IMG/VR virus record: IMGVR_UViG_3300042914_003231
Coordinates: 1 to 64,000 of that record
Length of the DNA: 64,000 nucleotides
Source: a virus
Taxonomy: Duplodnaviria; Heunggongvirae; Uroviricota; Caudoviricetes
Reading direction: 5' to 3' (one strand)
This document shows, one piece after another, positions 29,420 to 40,230 of the stretch; the stretch's first letter is position 1; the number at the start of each line of letters is the position of its first letter. A program made the translations under genes and the position numbers. The notes under the pieces are model-generated. The model was not told where the DNA came from, made no database searches, and saw only the letters and a program-made list of their open reading frames with translations.

Positions 29420-30238
29420 ATGTCAGTAATATTTAAAGCAGAGAACCACAAGTATGAAAGCCTAGATCCTAATGATAGGATAGACTGGGTGAGTGTAACA
29501 AAATTTGTAAGCCAATTCAAACAACCATTTGATCCAGTAAAGCAGTCTATTAAGTCTTCAAAAAATCCTAGATCAAAATGGTATGGTATGAAGCCTGAGG
29601 ATATACAAGCTCAATGGGTTAAAGAAGCAGACCGTGCTGTAACAGCTGGTTCCTTCTACCATGATCAAAGAGAGTCTGATCTTACAAGCATTGAGACTAT
29701 TCAAAGATCCGGAGTAAATATCCCTATTATTAAACCTATATGGGAAGGTGGAGTAAAACATGCTCCTGATCAAAAGCTTACTGAAGGAATCTATCCTGAG
29801 CACTTTGTCTTCCTTAAGTCTGCAGGTATCTGTGGACAATCCGATCGGGTGGAAGTAATAAAAGACACTGTGGATATTATTGACTACAAAACCAATAAGG
29901 AGATTAAGATAGCCGGCTTTACAAACTGGGAAGGTAAGGTTACAAAAATGCTGGGACCATGTGAGCACCTAGATGATTGTAACTTTAATCACTATGCTCT
30001 ACAGCTTAGTACATATATGTACATTATTTTAAAACACAACCCAAGATACCGTGCAGGAAAAATGTGGTTACATCACATCATCTTCGAAAAAGAAGGAGAA
30101 GATAAGTTTGGTAATCCAATTAACAAGAAAGATGCTAGAGGAGAACCTATAGTTAAAACTGTGGTACCATATGAAGTACCTTATCTGAAGTCTGAAGTTA
30201 TTGCAATGATTGATTATACTAAAACTAATAAAAAATGA
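29420..30238 (+). CDS. PD-(D/E)XK nuclease (RecB/Cas4/exonuclease-like), 272 aa
   Basis: GQSDRVEV...VDIIDYKTNK (D...D-x-K) and HYALQLSTYMYI (QxxxY). Confidence 0.7.
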   Translation: MSVIFKAENHKYESLDPNDRIDWVSVTKFVSQFKQPFDPVKQSIKSSKNPRSKWYGMKPEDIQAQWVKEADRAVTAGSFYHDQRESDLTSIETIQRSGVNIPIIKPIWEGGVKHAPDQKLTEGIYPEHFVFLKSAGICGQSDRVEVIKDTVDIIDYKTNKEIKIAGFTNWEGKVTKMLGPCEHLDDCNFNHYALQLSTYMYIILKHNPRYRAGKMWLHHIIFEKEGEDKFGNPINKKDARGEPIVKTVVPYEVPYLKSEVIAMIDYTKTNKK

Positions 30239-30552
30239 GTCATCCAAAATTAAAAGGTATAAGATGGTTAGATGATGAGTTACCTGACTTAATAGCCATT
30301 AAAATAACCTTAGTAAACAAAAGCATTCAAGATTTAGATATTCCAGGAATGGAAATTCCAGAAACCTATGCTGAAATGAAAGTAGATCTTTCTAAGCTAG
30401 CTGCTGTAAGTCCTTGGTATCCTAAAGGTTCGGATGACCCCGCTGAAAATGCGTGTTTAGTAGACATTGAAGGTGTAGCAAATTTTGTAGCTGATACAAG
30501 TGAAAAAGATATTATTCAAGCTTGGATTTATTATAAAAGATGTAAGAAATGA
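30235..30552 (+). CDS. hypothetical protein, 105 aa
   Basis: ORF track. Confidence 0.6.
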   Translation: MSHPKLKGIRWLDDELPDLIAIKITLVNKSIQDLDIPGMEIPETYAEMKVDLSKLAAVSPWYPKGSDDPAENACLVDIEGVANFVADTSEKDIIQAWIYYKRCKK

Positions 30553-30743
30553 GTAGTACTGATGTATACCAACAGAAACACTTCTTTGAAGAAGATCCTT
30601 TTCCCGCTCGGTGTGTGCAAAGAGATGAACAAGGAAACTGTTTAATGAGCATGAAATGGGTGATTATTGATTTTAGTGAGCCTTTTTGTAAACAAGTAAA
30701 AGATAAGAAAAATGATAAAGCTATTAGACCTGCAGAACGGTAA
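30549..30743 (+). CDS. hypothetical protein, 64 aa
   Basis: ORF track. Confidence 0.5.
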   Translation: MSSTDVYQQKHFFEEDPFPARCVQRDEQGNCLMSMKWVIIDFSEPFCKQVKDKKNDKAIRPAER

Positions 30744-31227
30744 GGTTGTTCCTACAGAACACTGTCACACCTTAGCATTCCTTAAAGATATCATGGATGC
30801 TTACCCGGAGAATCATATTCCTATCTATGGATACTTGTTCTATATGACATGTCCTAATGATGAGCTTAACCCATTCTTCAACATGCCGGCCGATGATAAG
30901 GAAGAGATGATCTTGAAAGAACTGAATGCTGACTTCAGCACAGAAGATGATCTCATACATAGAGCTCTTGAAATGTGTGAGAAGCTTTATGAAACTCCTA
31001 CAGTAAGAGCTTATCGAGGTATTAGTAACATGTTAGATAGATTAGGTATTTACATGGAGAAAACTCCAATTTCTCATGGTAGAGATGGTAACATCAACTC
31101 TCTGGTGTCTGCTGCTAAAAACTTTGAAGGTATTAGAAACTCCTTCAAGGGTGTATACAAAGATCTTAAAGAAGAACAAAATGCTAGAACCCGCGGTGGT
31201 GGAGAGCTAGCTTATGACCAAAAATAA
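30712..31227 (+). CDS. hypothetical protein, 171 aa; small terminase subunit candidate by position only
   Basis: Lies two genes upstream of the large terminase. No motif recognised. Confidence 0.35.
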   Translation: MIKLLDLQNGKVVPTEHCHTLAFLKDIMDAYPENHIPIYGYLFYMTCPNDELNPFFNMPADDKEEMILKELNADFSTEDDLIHRALEMCEKLYETPTVRAYRGISNMLDRLGIYMEKTPISHGRDGNINSLVSAAKNFEGIRNSFKGVYKDLKEEQNARTRGGGELAYDQK

Positions 31228-31232
31228 AAACT

Positions 31233-31442
31233 ATGGATGCATTATATGACTGGTTGTTTCATTACAACCCACACACAAAATCATGGGCAGCTTTTAGAAG
31301 AGAGCACATGCAAAATTACTTTAATGGTGATCATGAGAATGTAGTAAAAAGCAAGTCTCAAAAAACTTTAGAAGAGCTTATCATTTCTAATGAGGGAGAT
31401 CTTGAAAGAATTCATAAATTTGTAAGTAAGCTAAAAAGCTAA
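31233..31442 (+). CDS. hypothetical protein, 69 aa
   Basis: ORF track. Confidence 0.55.
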   Translation: MDALYDWLFHYNPHTKSWAAFRREHMQNYFNGDHENVVKSKSQKTLEELIISNEGDLERIHKFVSKLKS

Positions 31443-33649
31443 TGAATTCTTTTTTCTATACTGACATACCTACCTGGGATAATGGTGAATGGAAAACCAC
31501 CAGCTTTGGCAGCCATGAAGATTTTCGGGTCTTCATAAAAAGTGTGTTCAAAGAACCCGGTAAGTATGAGTTTGATGAGACTTCAAAACTATTTAATGCT
31601 GAGGCCACTAAGTGGAATCAACAAAAGTTTTATTGTGCTGCCCCTAGGAATACTAAGGACTACATTCTTTATTGGGATGATCAAAAAGCTAAGTGTAGAA
31701 AAGGAGTTATTTTCACCCAGAAAGGAAAGACTTGGTTTCTCCCGCGCGAGTACTACATGTGGTTGAATTTCCTACCTATCAACAACAAAGAGAAAAGATT
31801 ATTTTCTTTCCCGGATATAAGAGATGCTCAGTATCACATGGCCTTGTATAATCTATTGGCTGAGTTATTCTACAAGCATTCTGCTATCCTTAAAAAACGT
31901 CAGATAGCCTCTTCTTACTATCATGCCGCCAAACTAATCAACTACTTATGGTTTGAAGAAACTCCTATCTTAAAAATGGGAGCTTCTCTAAAAGCTTATG
32001 TATTGGATACCTGGAGATTTGTAGTAGAGTACAAGAACTTTTTGGATGAACACACAGCATGGTACCGTGATATGAATCCTAAAAAACCTTTGGATTGGCA
32101 GCAACAAGTTGAGACTGAGATTCCAGGTACCACCAGAAAGATCTTAAAAGGTTTAAAGGGAGTTCTTAAAGGAACTTCTTTTGAACAAGAACCTACGGCA
32201 GGTGTAGGTGGACCTTGTACCTACTTCTTCCATGAAGAAGCTGGTGTAGCTCCTGATATGATGGAGACTTTTGGTTACATGAAACCCGCCTTAAAATCAG
32301 GTATGATCACAACTGGTACATTTATTGCTGCAGGATCTGTAGGTGACTTAGATCAGTGTGAGCCATTACGCGAGATGATCATGAGACCCGATGCCAATGA
32401 TATTTATCCTGTAACCACTAATCTTCTTGATGATAGAGGTACAGTTGGTGAATCAGGTCTTTTTATTCCTGAGCAATGGTCGATGCCTCCTTGTATAGAT
32501 GAGTTTGGAAACTCACTTGTAGAGGATGCATTAAAAATGCTGGATGATTACTTTGCCGATCTTAAGAAAAAGCTTTCTCCAGAATCATACCAGTTAGAAG
32601 TATCTCAGCATCCGCGTAACATTGAAGAAGCTTTTGCAGCCAGAACTGTTTCAATATTCCCTACTCACTTGGTTGCTTCTCAAAAGAGAAGAATCTTGGA
32701 TAAAGAATATAGCATAGAGTATGTAGATCTTGCAAGAGGAGTTGATGGTAAATGGTTGGTGGATAAATCTAAGAAAATACCTATTTCAGAGTTCCCTGTT
32801 AGCAAAGCCACAGAAGATAAAACAGGAGTAATTTGTGTATATGAAAGACCTGATCCTAAAGCTGAGTGGGGTACATACTATGCTTCTATTGACCCGGTCG
32901 CTCAAGGTAAGACAAATACTTCAGAATCTCTATGCTCTATTTATGTTTACAAAATTCCTATTGAAGTAACAAGAATCGATGGTGAAGAAGTGAAAACTTA
33001 CATAGAAGAGGATAAGATTGTTTGTTCTTGGACTGGCCGATTTGATGATATAAACAAAACCTACAAGAGACTAGAAGATATCATTGAGTGGTACAATGCA
33101 TGGACTTTAATAGAAAACAACGTACCTGGTTTCATCACCTACATGATCAGTAAGAGAAAACAAAAGTATCTGGTACCAAAAAGTCAGGTAACCTTCCGTA
33201 AAGATGTGGAGTATGTGCAACATGGTCCAGAAGAATATGGTTGGAGAAACACCGGTACTCTTTTCAAGACTTACATCCTACCTTACCTGGTAGACTATTG
33301 TAAAGAAGAAATAGATGTTATCAAAAAACAGGACAGCGAAGATATTGTAAAGATCAAGTATGGTATTGAGAGGATTCCGGATATCATGGCCATGAAAGAA
33401 ATGGAGATGTATAGAGAAGGGTTGAACGTTGACCGCTTGACAGCTCTGGGAGCTTTAATTGCTTTTGCTAAAGTGCAGGAAGCTAACAGAGGTATACGAA
33501 AAAGGATAGACCGGACAACAGATAAGAAACAGTTGCAAAAGTCAGAAAAAATCAGTACATTTACTAATAGTCCCTTTAGACATATTGGAATGAATAACGG
33601 GTCATCAGGAAAAAGACCTCCTAGAAACCCTTTTAAAAATATACGATGA
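31442..33649 (+). CDS. terL: terminase large subunit, 735 aa
   Basis: Walker-B-like TYFFHEEAG; NIEEAFAAR; nuclease motifs YYASIDPVAQGK and TLIENNVPG; precedes the portal gene. The classical GxxxxGK[ST] P-loop is not obvious (candidates KKRQIASS and QKGKT). Confidence 0.82.
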   Translation: MNSFFYTDIPTWDNGEWKTTSFGSHEDFRVFIKSVFKEPGKYEFDETSKLFNAEATKWNQQKFYCAAPRNTKDYILYWDDQKAKCRKGVIFTQKGKTWFLPREYYMWLNFLPINNKEKRLFSFPDIRDAQYHMALYNLLAELFYKHSAILKKRQIASSYYHAAKLINYLWFEETPILKMGASLKAYVLDTWRFVVEYKNFLDEHTAWYRDMNPKKPLDWQQQVETEIPGTTRKILKGLKGVLKGTSFEQEPTAGVGGPCTYFFHEEAGVAPDMMETFGYMKPALKSGMITTGTFIAAGSVGDLDQCEPLREMIMRPDANDIYPVTTNLLDDRGTVGESGLFIPEQWSMPPCIDEFGNSLVEDALKMLDDYFADLKKKLSPESYQLEVSQHPRNIEEAFAARTVSIFPTHLVASQKRRILDKEYSIEYVDLARGVDGKWLVDKSKKIPISEFPVSKATEDKTGVICVYERPDPKAEWGTYYASIDPVAQGKTNTSESLCSIYVYKIPIEVTRIDGEEVKTYIEEDKIVCSWTGRFDDINKTYKRLEDIIEWYNAWTLIENNVPGFITYMISKRKQKYLVPKSQVTFRKDVEYVQHGPEEYGWRNTGTLFKTYILPYLVDYCKEEIDVIKKQDSEDIVKIKYGIERIPDIMAMKEMEMYREGLNVDRLTALGALIAFAKVQEANRGIRKRIDRTTDKKQLQKSEKISTFTNSPFRHIGMNNGSSGKRPPRNPFKNIR

Positions 33650-34278
33650 GTAATAACTATGTATACAGACATATTCGGCTAGATAAGAATGAGCCTTTTT
33701 ACATAGGTATAGGTTCTGGAGATTCCTATAAGAGAGCACATTCTAAAAGAGGTAGAAGTAGGTTTTGGACAGCTATTTCTAAAAAAGGATATGTTGTGCA
33801 GATCTTAGCTGAAAATCTAATTAGAGAAGAAGCTTCTATAAAGGAAAAAGAGTTTATAGAGCTATATGGAAGATTGGATTTAAAAACCGGAAGCTTGTGC
33901 AACTTTACAACAGGTGGTGATAATAATTATTCTCTATCTTGTTTGACAAAGGAAAAAATGAGAAAAGCTCACACCGGTCTTAAGCAATCTACAGGCTGTG
34001 TAGAAAAAAGAGTGGAAAAATTAAAAGGTAAGAAAAGAACACCAGAGTTTTGTGAAAGAATAAGGCTTATAAAGTTAGGATCTAAACTTCCTTCTTTAAG
34101 GAGAAAAAGACCTGAGATAAGTATAGCAAAGCAACAAAAAGTTATGAATACAGATACTCATGAAATATATGAATCTGTTAATGATATGGCTAAAGCTCTT
34201 CATATTCATCCTTTAACTGCTACTAGATGGTTGAAAAATCCAGACAAGCCTTTCATAAAAGTTAAAAATATAAGATAA
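33646..34278 (+). CDS. GIY-YIG homing endonuclease (free-standing), 210 aa
   Basis: YVYRHIRLDKNEPFYIGIG...R...EKEFIELYG...N, plus NUMOD-like C-terminal repeats. ATGA overlap with the terL stop. Confidence 0.85.
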   Translation: MSNNYVYRHIRLDKNEPFYIGIGSGDSYKRAHSKRGRSRFWTAISKKGYVVQILAENLIREEASIKEKEFIELYGRLDLKTGSLCNFTTGGDNNYSLSCLTKEKMRKAHTGLKQSTGCVEKRVEKLKGKKRTPEFCERIRLIKLGSKLPSLRRKRPEISIAKQQKVMNTDTHEIYESVNDMAKALHIHPLTATRWLKNPDKPFIKVKNIR

Positions 34279-34279
34279 T

Positions 34280-37048
34280 ATGCAAGTATTAAATGCCTTA
34301 CAACTAAAAGGTGGAAAAAAAGCAGAATATAATAGGATGGGATCGATCACCCAACCTCTGCAATTTCTTCCCAGAAAAGATAAAGATCCTGAGTGGAGAG
34401 CTTGGAATATTGACTGGTTAGAATGGAATGGTCTTAAGCAAATCCGTAGAAATGCAAGAAGACTTAGTAAAAACTACAAGCTTGCTAAAGGCGTAATTGA
34501 TAAAACCGACTATATTGTTGAGGATGACAATGAGATGAGAGATCTTGTTGACACTCTTATGAAAGAAGATGTAAGTGCATTGGAACTAAAATTTTACCCT
34601 ATTATACCGAATGTAATCAATGTATTGGTTTCTGAATTTGCAAAAAGAAATAGCAAGATCACTTTCCAGGCAAAAGATGAATACTCCTACAATGAAATGC
34701 TGGAGCAAAAGCGTTCTCAAATAGAGCAAGTGCTTTATTCGCGTGCTGAACAAAAACTCTTAGCAAAGATGTTAGAACAGGGTTTGGACCCTAATGATCC
34801 AGAAGTACAGGAACAGATGCAACAGCAGACTTCTCCGGAAGCTATGAAAACTCTTCCTGAAATCCAGGAATTCTTTGATAAGAGTTATAGAAGTTTAGCT
34901 GAGCAATGGGCTACTCACCAGTTTAAGATCGATGAAGAAAGATTTAGAATGGATGAGCTTGAAGAAAGAGCCTTCCGAGACATGCTTATCACCGATCGCG
35001 AGTTCTGGCACTTTAAGATGAATGATGATGACTATGATATTGAGCTTTGGAATCCAATGCTTACTTTCTACCACAAGTCTCCTGATGCGCGTTATATCTC
35101 TCAGGGTAACTGGGTAGGTAAGATCGATATGATGACTGTGGCCGATGTTGTGGATAAGTACGGCTACATGATGACTGAAGAACAATTGGCATCTCTTGAA
35201 GCTATTTATCCGGTAAGATCTGCAGGTTATCCGTTAGCTGGTTATCAGAATGATGGTTCTTACTATGATGCTACTAAGTCTCATGAGTGGAATACCAATA
35301 TGCCAGGCTTAGCCTACAGACAGTTTGTTTCCATGTATGATAACTTCATCTACAATGGTGGAGATATTATTAACTGGATCATGGCTGAAGGTGAAGACTA
35401 TGCTCCTATGGGGTCTGCTTTTTTACTTCGTGTAACAACAGCTTACTGGAAGTCTCAAAGAAAAGTTGGGCACCTAACAAAAGTAAATGAAAGTGGAGAT
35501 GTAGAAACTGATATTGTAAGTGAAGAATACAAAGTAACTGACAAGCCTATCTATGACACTACTCTTATCAAGAATAAAACTAAGGACACTCTAGTATTTG
35601 GAGAGCACATTGACTGGATCTGGATCAACCAGGTTTGGGGTGGTGTAAAGATTGGCCCTAACCATCCTTCCTTCTGGGGTATGAACAATCCGGGTGGTAT
35701 TAATCCTATGTATTTAGGTATTGATCAGAATCAGATCGGTCCTCTTAAGTTCCAGTTCAAAGGTGACAATACTCTCTATGGATGCAAACTTCCTGTAGAA
35801 GGTGCTGTATTCAATGACAGAAATACAAGATCTACTGCGATGGTAGACTTAATGAAACCTTTTCAAATTGGCTATAATATTGTAAATAACCAAATAGCAG
35901 ATATCTTGGTAGATGAACTCGGTACCGTGATTATGCTTGATCAAAATGCTCTTCCTAAACATTCATTGGGAGAAGACTGGGGTAAGAACAACTTCCAAAA
36001 GGCTTATGTAGCCATGAAGAATTTCCAGATGCTTCCTTTAGATACTACTATTACCAACACTGAGAATGCATTAAACTTCCAGCACTTCCAGGTAATGAAC
36101 CTTGAGCAAACACAAAGAATGCTATCAAGGGTTCAATTGGCCAACTTCTTTAAGCAGCAATGTTTTGAAGTGATCGGTATCACTCCTCAAAGACTTGGTC
36201 AACAGATTGGACAAACTGATACTGCAAAAGGTATTGAGCAGGCTATAATTGGATCATATGCTCAGACTGAGACATACTTTATCCAGCACTCTGATTACTT
36301 AATGCCTCGCGTACATCAGATGAGAACTGACTTAGCTCAGTACTACTGTTCTAAAAAGCCGTCACTAAGACTTCAGTACATGCTTTCCACAGATGAAAAA
36401 GTTAACTTTGAGATGAATGGTACAGAACTTCTTTTAAGAGACATTAATGTATATGCTACAACAAAAGCTAACCAGCGCGCTATTCTAGAGCAAATGAAAC
36501 AACTTGCTGTAGGTAACAATACAACCGGTGCCACTATCTATGATCTTGGTGAGGTTATGCAATCCGAATCTCTTGGTGAACTTACCAACAAGCTTAAAGG
36601 TCTTGATAAGAAAGCACAAGCTCTTCGTCAAGAACAAATGCAGCATGAGCAACAACTTCAAAAGCAAGCTGATGACAGCCGTCTTAAGGAGAAACAACTT
36701 GAGCTTGACTACAAAGCACAAGAAGCTGAGAAAGATCGTAGAAAAGATATCCTTATTGCTGAGATCAAGTCTGCCGGCTATGGAGCTATGCAAGATATTA
36801 ACCAGAACCAACAGTCTGATTACTTGGATGCTTTAGCACAAATAAAGTCTTCTGAAGAGTTTCAGGAGTCTATGAATCTGCAGAACACTAAAGAGAACAA
36901 CCGTATGGCTGCAGACCGTGATAAAGCTCAGATAGAGCGCGAGAAAATGCAAGCTGCCATGAGAATGAAAGAAATGGATGTGGCAATAGCCAGAGAAAAT
37001 AAGAATAAATATGATGCAAAGAAAAAAGATGAGAAAAAGAAAAAGTAG
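34280..37048 (+). CDS. portal protein, 922 aa
   Basis: Position between terminase and scaffold/capsid, and size. Gln/Glu/Lys-rich coiled C-terminal tail. Confidence 0.7.
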   Translation: MQVLNALQLKGGKKAEYNRMGSITQPLQFLPRKDKDPEWRAWNIDWLEWNGLKQIRRNARRLSKNYKLAKGVIDKTDYIVEDDNEMRDLVDTLMKEDVSALELKFYPIIPNVINVLVSEFAKRNSKITFQAKDEYSYNEMLEQKRSQIEQVLYSRAEQKLLAKMLEQGLDPNDPEVQEQMQQQTSPEAMKTLPEIQEFFDKSYRSLAEQWATHQFKIDEERFRMDELEERAFRDMLITDREFWHFKMNDDDYDIELWNPMLTFYHKSPDARYISQGNWVGKIDMMTVADVVDKYGYMMTEEQLASLEAIYPVRSAGYPLAGYQNDGSYYDATKSHEWNTNMPGLAYRQFVSMYDNFIYNGGDIINWIMAEGEDYAPMGSAFLLRVTTAYWKSQRKVGHLTKVNESGDVETDIVSEEYKVTDKPIYDTTLIKNKTKDTLVFGEHIDWIWINQVWGGVKIGPNHPSFWGMNNPGGINPMYLGIDQNQIGPLKFQFKGDNTLYGCKLPVEGAVFNDRNTRSTAMVDLMKPFQIGYNIVNNQIADILVDELGTVIMLDQNALPKHSLGEDWGKNNFQKAYVAMKNFQMLPLDTTITNTENALNFQHFQVMNLEQTQRMLSRVQLANFFKQQCFEVIGITPQRLGQQIGQTDTAKGIEQAIIGSYAQTETYFIQHSDYLMPRVHQMRTDLAQYYCSKKPSLRLQYMLSTDEKVNFEMNGTELLLRDINVYATTKANQRAILEQMKQLAVGNNTTGATIYDLGEVMQSESLGELTNKLKGLDKKAQALRQEQMQHEQQLQKQADDSRLKEKQLELDYKAQEAEKDRRKDILIAEIKSAGYGAMQDINQNQQSDYLDALAQIKSSEEFQESMNLQNTKENNRMAADRDKAQIEREKMQAAMRMKEMDVAIARENKNKYDAKKKDEKKKK

Positions 37049-37166
37049 CCTGTAGCCATATATTGCCAAATATTTTTATAGGCCCCTTACAAAGTTTCAA
37101 ATCTATTAAGTTTATTTCATTATTTTTGTTATATTATAATAAGTCAGTCAATAAACCAACCAACAT

Positions 37167-38468
37167 ATGAGTGATACAAAAGATACCACAGTAATTCAAA
37201 CAGCAGACATAGATCTGAATGAACTACTTGGAACACCAGGAGGAGACAATGTAATGCTTCCTGAAGGCCAACAGGCAAAACCTAGTTTATTTACTAGAAA
37301 ACCTGAAGACCTATCGTTCCTTGACAAACCTGAAAAAAATGATACAGCAGCTGCTCAAGCTAAGCCAGCTGAAGAAACTGATCCTGCTAAAAAAGAGAAA
37401 AGTAATAATCCGAACCCAGAAGGTACCCCCAATCCAGAAGGAAAGAAAGATGACATCCTTGATGAAATCATTCAAAACACTCCTGAAGGTGGTGCTAAAC
37501 AAGATGCAGATGATGGTAAAAAAAGTGGTCGTCCTACAGGTCTTGTAGAGCTTGGAACTAAACTTATTGAAAAAGGCATCATTACTCCTTTCGAAGGAGA
37601 AGAAGATGTTAGTAAATACACCCTTAAAGACTGGGAAGAACTTTTTGAAGCTAATGAAAAAGAGAAAGCTAAGAAACTTGAAGAACAAGTATCTGCCGGT
37701 TTTTTTGAATCATTGCCTGAAGAACTTCAGGTTGCTGCCCAATATGTAGCAAATGGCGGACAAGATCTTAAGTCTTTATTTCAGTCATTAGCTGCGGTAG
37801 AAGAAATTCGCCAGTTGGACACTAAGACTGAAGAAGGTCAGGAACAAATTGTAAGAAGCTATCTTCATGCAACTCGTTTTGGTACTCCAGAAGAAATCGA
37901 AGCAGAGTTAGAAGATTGGAAAGATCGTGATCAACTAGAAGCTAAAGCTAACCAGTTTAAGCCAAAACTTGATGCTATGCAAGAACAGATTGTTCAAAGA
38001 AAACTTCAAGAACAAGAAAAGATGCGTGCTGCTCAGCAAAAGCAAGCTAAAGTATACACTGATAATATCTACAAAACCCTTGAGCCAGGTGAATTAAATG
38101 GTCTTAAGTTAGACAAAAAAACCCAGAACATGTTGTTTGCTGGTTTAACTCAAGGTAACTATCCATCAATATCAGGGCGTTCTACCAATTTACTAGGTCA
38201 CTTATTAGAAAAGTACCAGTATCAAGAACCGAATCATGCATTAATAACTGAAGCTCTTTGGTTATTAGCTGATCCAGAAGGATACCGTGCTAAAGTAAAA
38301 GAAGGCGGAAAGAAAGAAGTTGTAGCAAATACAGTGCGTACATTAAAACAGGAACAAAGTAACAGAATTGCATCAGGATCTCAAGAGGACGATGATGATT
38401 CATCAAGAGGTGGTAAGAAGACCAGTGGTATTCCTAGACCTAGTGGTGGAAATTTCTTTAAAAGATAA
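37167..38468 (+). CDS. scaffolding protein, 433 aa
   Basis: Acidic, Lys/Glu-rich and coiled-coil-like; lies between the portal and capsid genes. Confidence 0.6.
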   Translation: MSDTKDTTVIQTADIDLNELLGTPGGDNVMLPEGQQAKPSLFTRKPEDLSFLDKPEKNDTAAAQAKPAEETDPAKKEKSNNPNPEGTPNPEGKKDDILDEIIQNTPEGGAKQDADDGKKSGRPTGLVELGTKLIEKGIITPFEGEEDVSKYTLKDWEELFEANEKEKAKKLEEQVSAGFFESLPEELQVAAQYVANGGQDLKSLFQSLAAVEEIRQLDTKTEEGQEQIVRSYLHATRFGTPEEIEAELEDWKDRDQLEAKANQFKPKLDAMQEQIVQRKLQEQEKMRAAQQKQAKVYTDNIYKTLEPGELNGLKLDKKTQNMLFAGLTQGNYPSISGRSTNLLGHLLEKYQYQEPNHALITEALWLLADPEGYRAKVKEGGKKEVVANTVRTLKQEQSNRIASGSQEDDDDSSRGGKKTSGIPRPSGGNFFKR

Positions 38469-38507
38469 TAACATTAACAATTATAAACTAAAAACAAAAA
38501 ACAAAAA

Positions 38508-40133
38508 ATGGCAACTCCAGTATTAAACAATGGTATATTCTTGCGCGACACGAATTACCATGCTACATCACATGTAGACAGTTATCACCTTCAGAACATG
38601 TTAAAAGATGCTGAACCAATGGATATGGGACCGGTAGATATTTGGGCAATGACTCAAAAGGTAGAAATGCCTCTTTACCAGTTATCATCTTTTGGTGGTA
38701 AAAATATCATCATGGTTGATAATGTCCGTGGTGAATATAAATGGCAAACTCCTGTATCACAGGATTTACCTTACATTATTGAGGACATCGAGCCTACAAA
38801 CTTAGCTAAAGGTCAGGATGGCACAACCTTCCGTATCAAGATTAACAAGCGTGAGTTTGGTCATGGTGATATCATCACTTATGACAAATACAATGGTGTC
38901 GAGTTATACATTACTGCTGATGATATCTTACCTATGGGTGACGGTTTCATCTACACTGTGCAGTTGGTAAACAATGACAACTACAAATTCTTAGACAACA
39001 AGTATTTAGTTCCTCAAACCAAATTATTCCGTAAAGGTTCTGCCCGCGGTGAGTATGGAGAAAGATTCTCTGACATCCAAACTCGCTCTGGCTTCCGTGA
39101 GTTCTACAACTTCGTAGGAGGAGCAGAAGCACATGTTCACTACTCTATCAGCTCTCGTGCTGACTTACAAATCAAGGGTGGTATGAATGCAGATGGTACA
39201 GTTCCTGTAACTGAGATCTGGAGAAACTTTGATAAACAATTAGACCCTTCAATCAGTAAGATCGAAGACATCGCTTCAAAGATGGGTAAAGACTACTTGA
39301 AGCGTGCAGTGGGTAATGGTACCTTAACCCGTACCTTCTTAACCTCTATGGAGGCTGCTCACTTAACTAAGATTTCTACTGACATTGAGACCTATTTAAT
39401 GTGGGGTCATGGTGGACGCGTTAAGCAAGATGGACCAGATGACATCCGTATGTCAGTGGGTCTATGGAAACAGCTTGACAACTCTTACAAGCGCGTATAC
39501 AACAAGTCAAGCTTTAGCTTAGAATTGTTCCGTGCTGAGTTATACAACTTCTATGCAGGTCGTGTTGAGTTCCAAGGTCCGGATCCAAAACGCTCATTGA
39601 TTGTACAAACAGGTATGGGTGGTATGCGCTTAGTAAATGAGGCTATCAAGCGTGAAGCTGTAAACTCAGGTTTAGTTATCCAAGCTGCTAGCAACAATGG
39701 TATTGGTGCTATCACAGGTCAAGGTATGGACTTAAACTATGGCTTTGCATTCACAAGCTATGTAATTCCATTCTTAGCAAATGTTAAGTTTGTGTTAAAC
39801 CCTGCGTTTGACAACTTACATACTAATGACATTGAGAACCCAATCATTGATGGTAACCCATTATCATCATACAGCTTTGTGATCTTCGACATCACAGACA
39901 CTGGTAACGACAACATCTACATGTTGAAGTTATCTTGGGATAACCAATTAAAATGGTGGTACCAGAATGGTACAATGGACTACATGGGACGTACCCAAGG
40001 CTTCCAGTCTTCTGGACAGTTTAACGGTTACCGTGTATACATGAGCCAAACTATGCCAGCTATCTGGGTGAAAGACCCTACCAAAGTGTTGAAGATTGTT
40101 ATGCGCAATCCGATCACTGGTGGTTCTTTCTAA
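38508..40133 (+). CDS. major capsid protein, 541 aa
   Basis: Position after the scaffold gene; codon usage shifts to CGT, G/C-ending codons; a GC-rich stem-loop follows. Confidence 0.65.
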   Translation: MATPVLNNGIFLRDTNYHATSHVDSYHLQNMLKDAEPMDMGPVDIWAMTQKVEMPLYQLSSFGGKNIIMVDNVRGEYKWQTPVSQDLPYIIEDIEPTNLAKGQDGTTFRIKINKREFGHGDIITYDKYNGVELYITADDILPMGDGFIYTVQLVNNDNYKFLDNKYLVPQTKLFRKGSARGEYGERFSDIQTRSGFREFYNFVGGAEAHVHYSISSRADLQIKGGMNADGTVPVTEIWRNFDKQLDPSISKIEDIASKMGKDYLKRAVGNGTLTRTFLTSMEAAHLTKISTDIETYLMWGHGGRVKQDGPDDIRMSVGLWKQLDNSYKRVYNKSSFSLELFRAELYNFYAGRVEFQGPDPKRSLIVQTGMGGMRLVNEAIKREAVNSGLVIQAASNNGIGAITGQGMDLNYGFAFTSYVIPFLANVKFVLNPAFDNLHTNDIENPIIDGNPLSSYSFVIFDITDTGNDNIYMLKLSWDNQLKWWYQNGTMDYMGRTQGFQSSGQFNGYRVYMSQTMPAIWVKDPTKVLKIVMRNPITGGSF

Positions 40134-40141
40134 GAACTCGT

Positions 40142-40230
40142 GCTCTAGAGGGAGTCTTCCATGCTCCCTCTTACATGAGCACCTTGCCCGGGGATGCGTT
40201 CACCACAGAGCTCGCAACTCTGCCCGGGAA
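40142..40230 (+). other. GC-rich structured spacer after the capsid gene
   Basis: 8-bp stem AGAGGGAG/CTCCCTCT (40147-40171) extended by GCTC/GAGC, then direct repeat TGCCCGGG at 40185 and 40221. No T-run. Confidence 0.5.
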
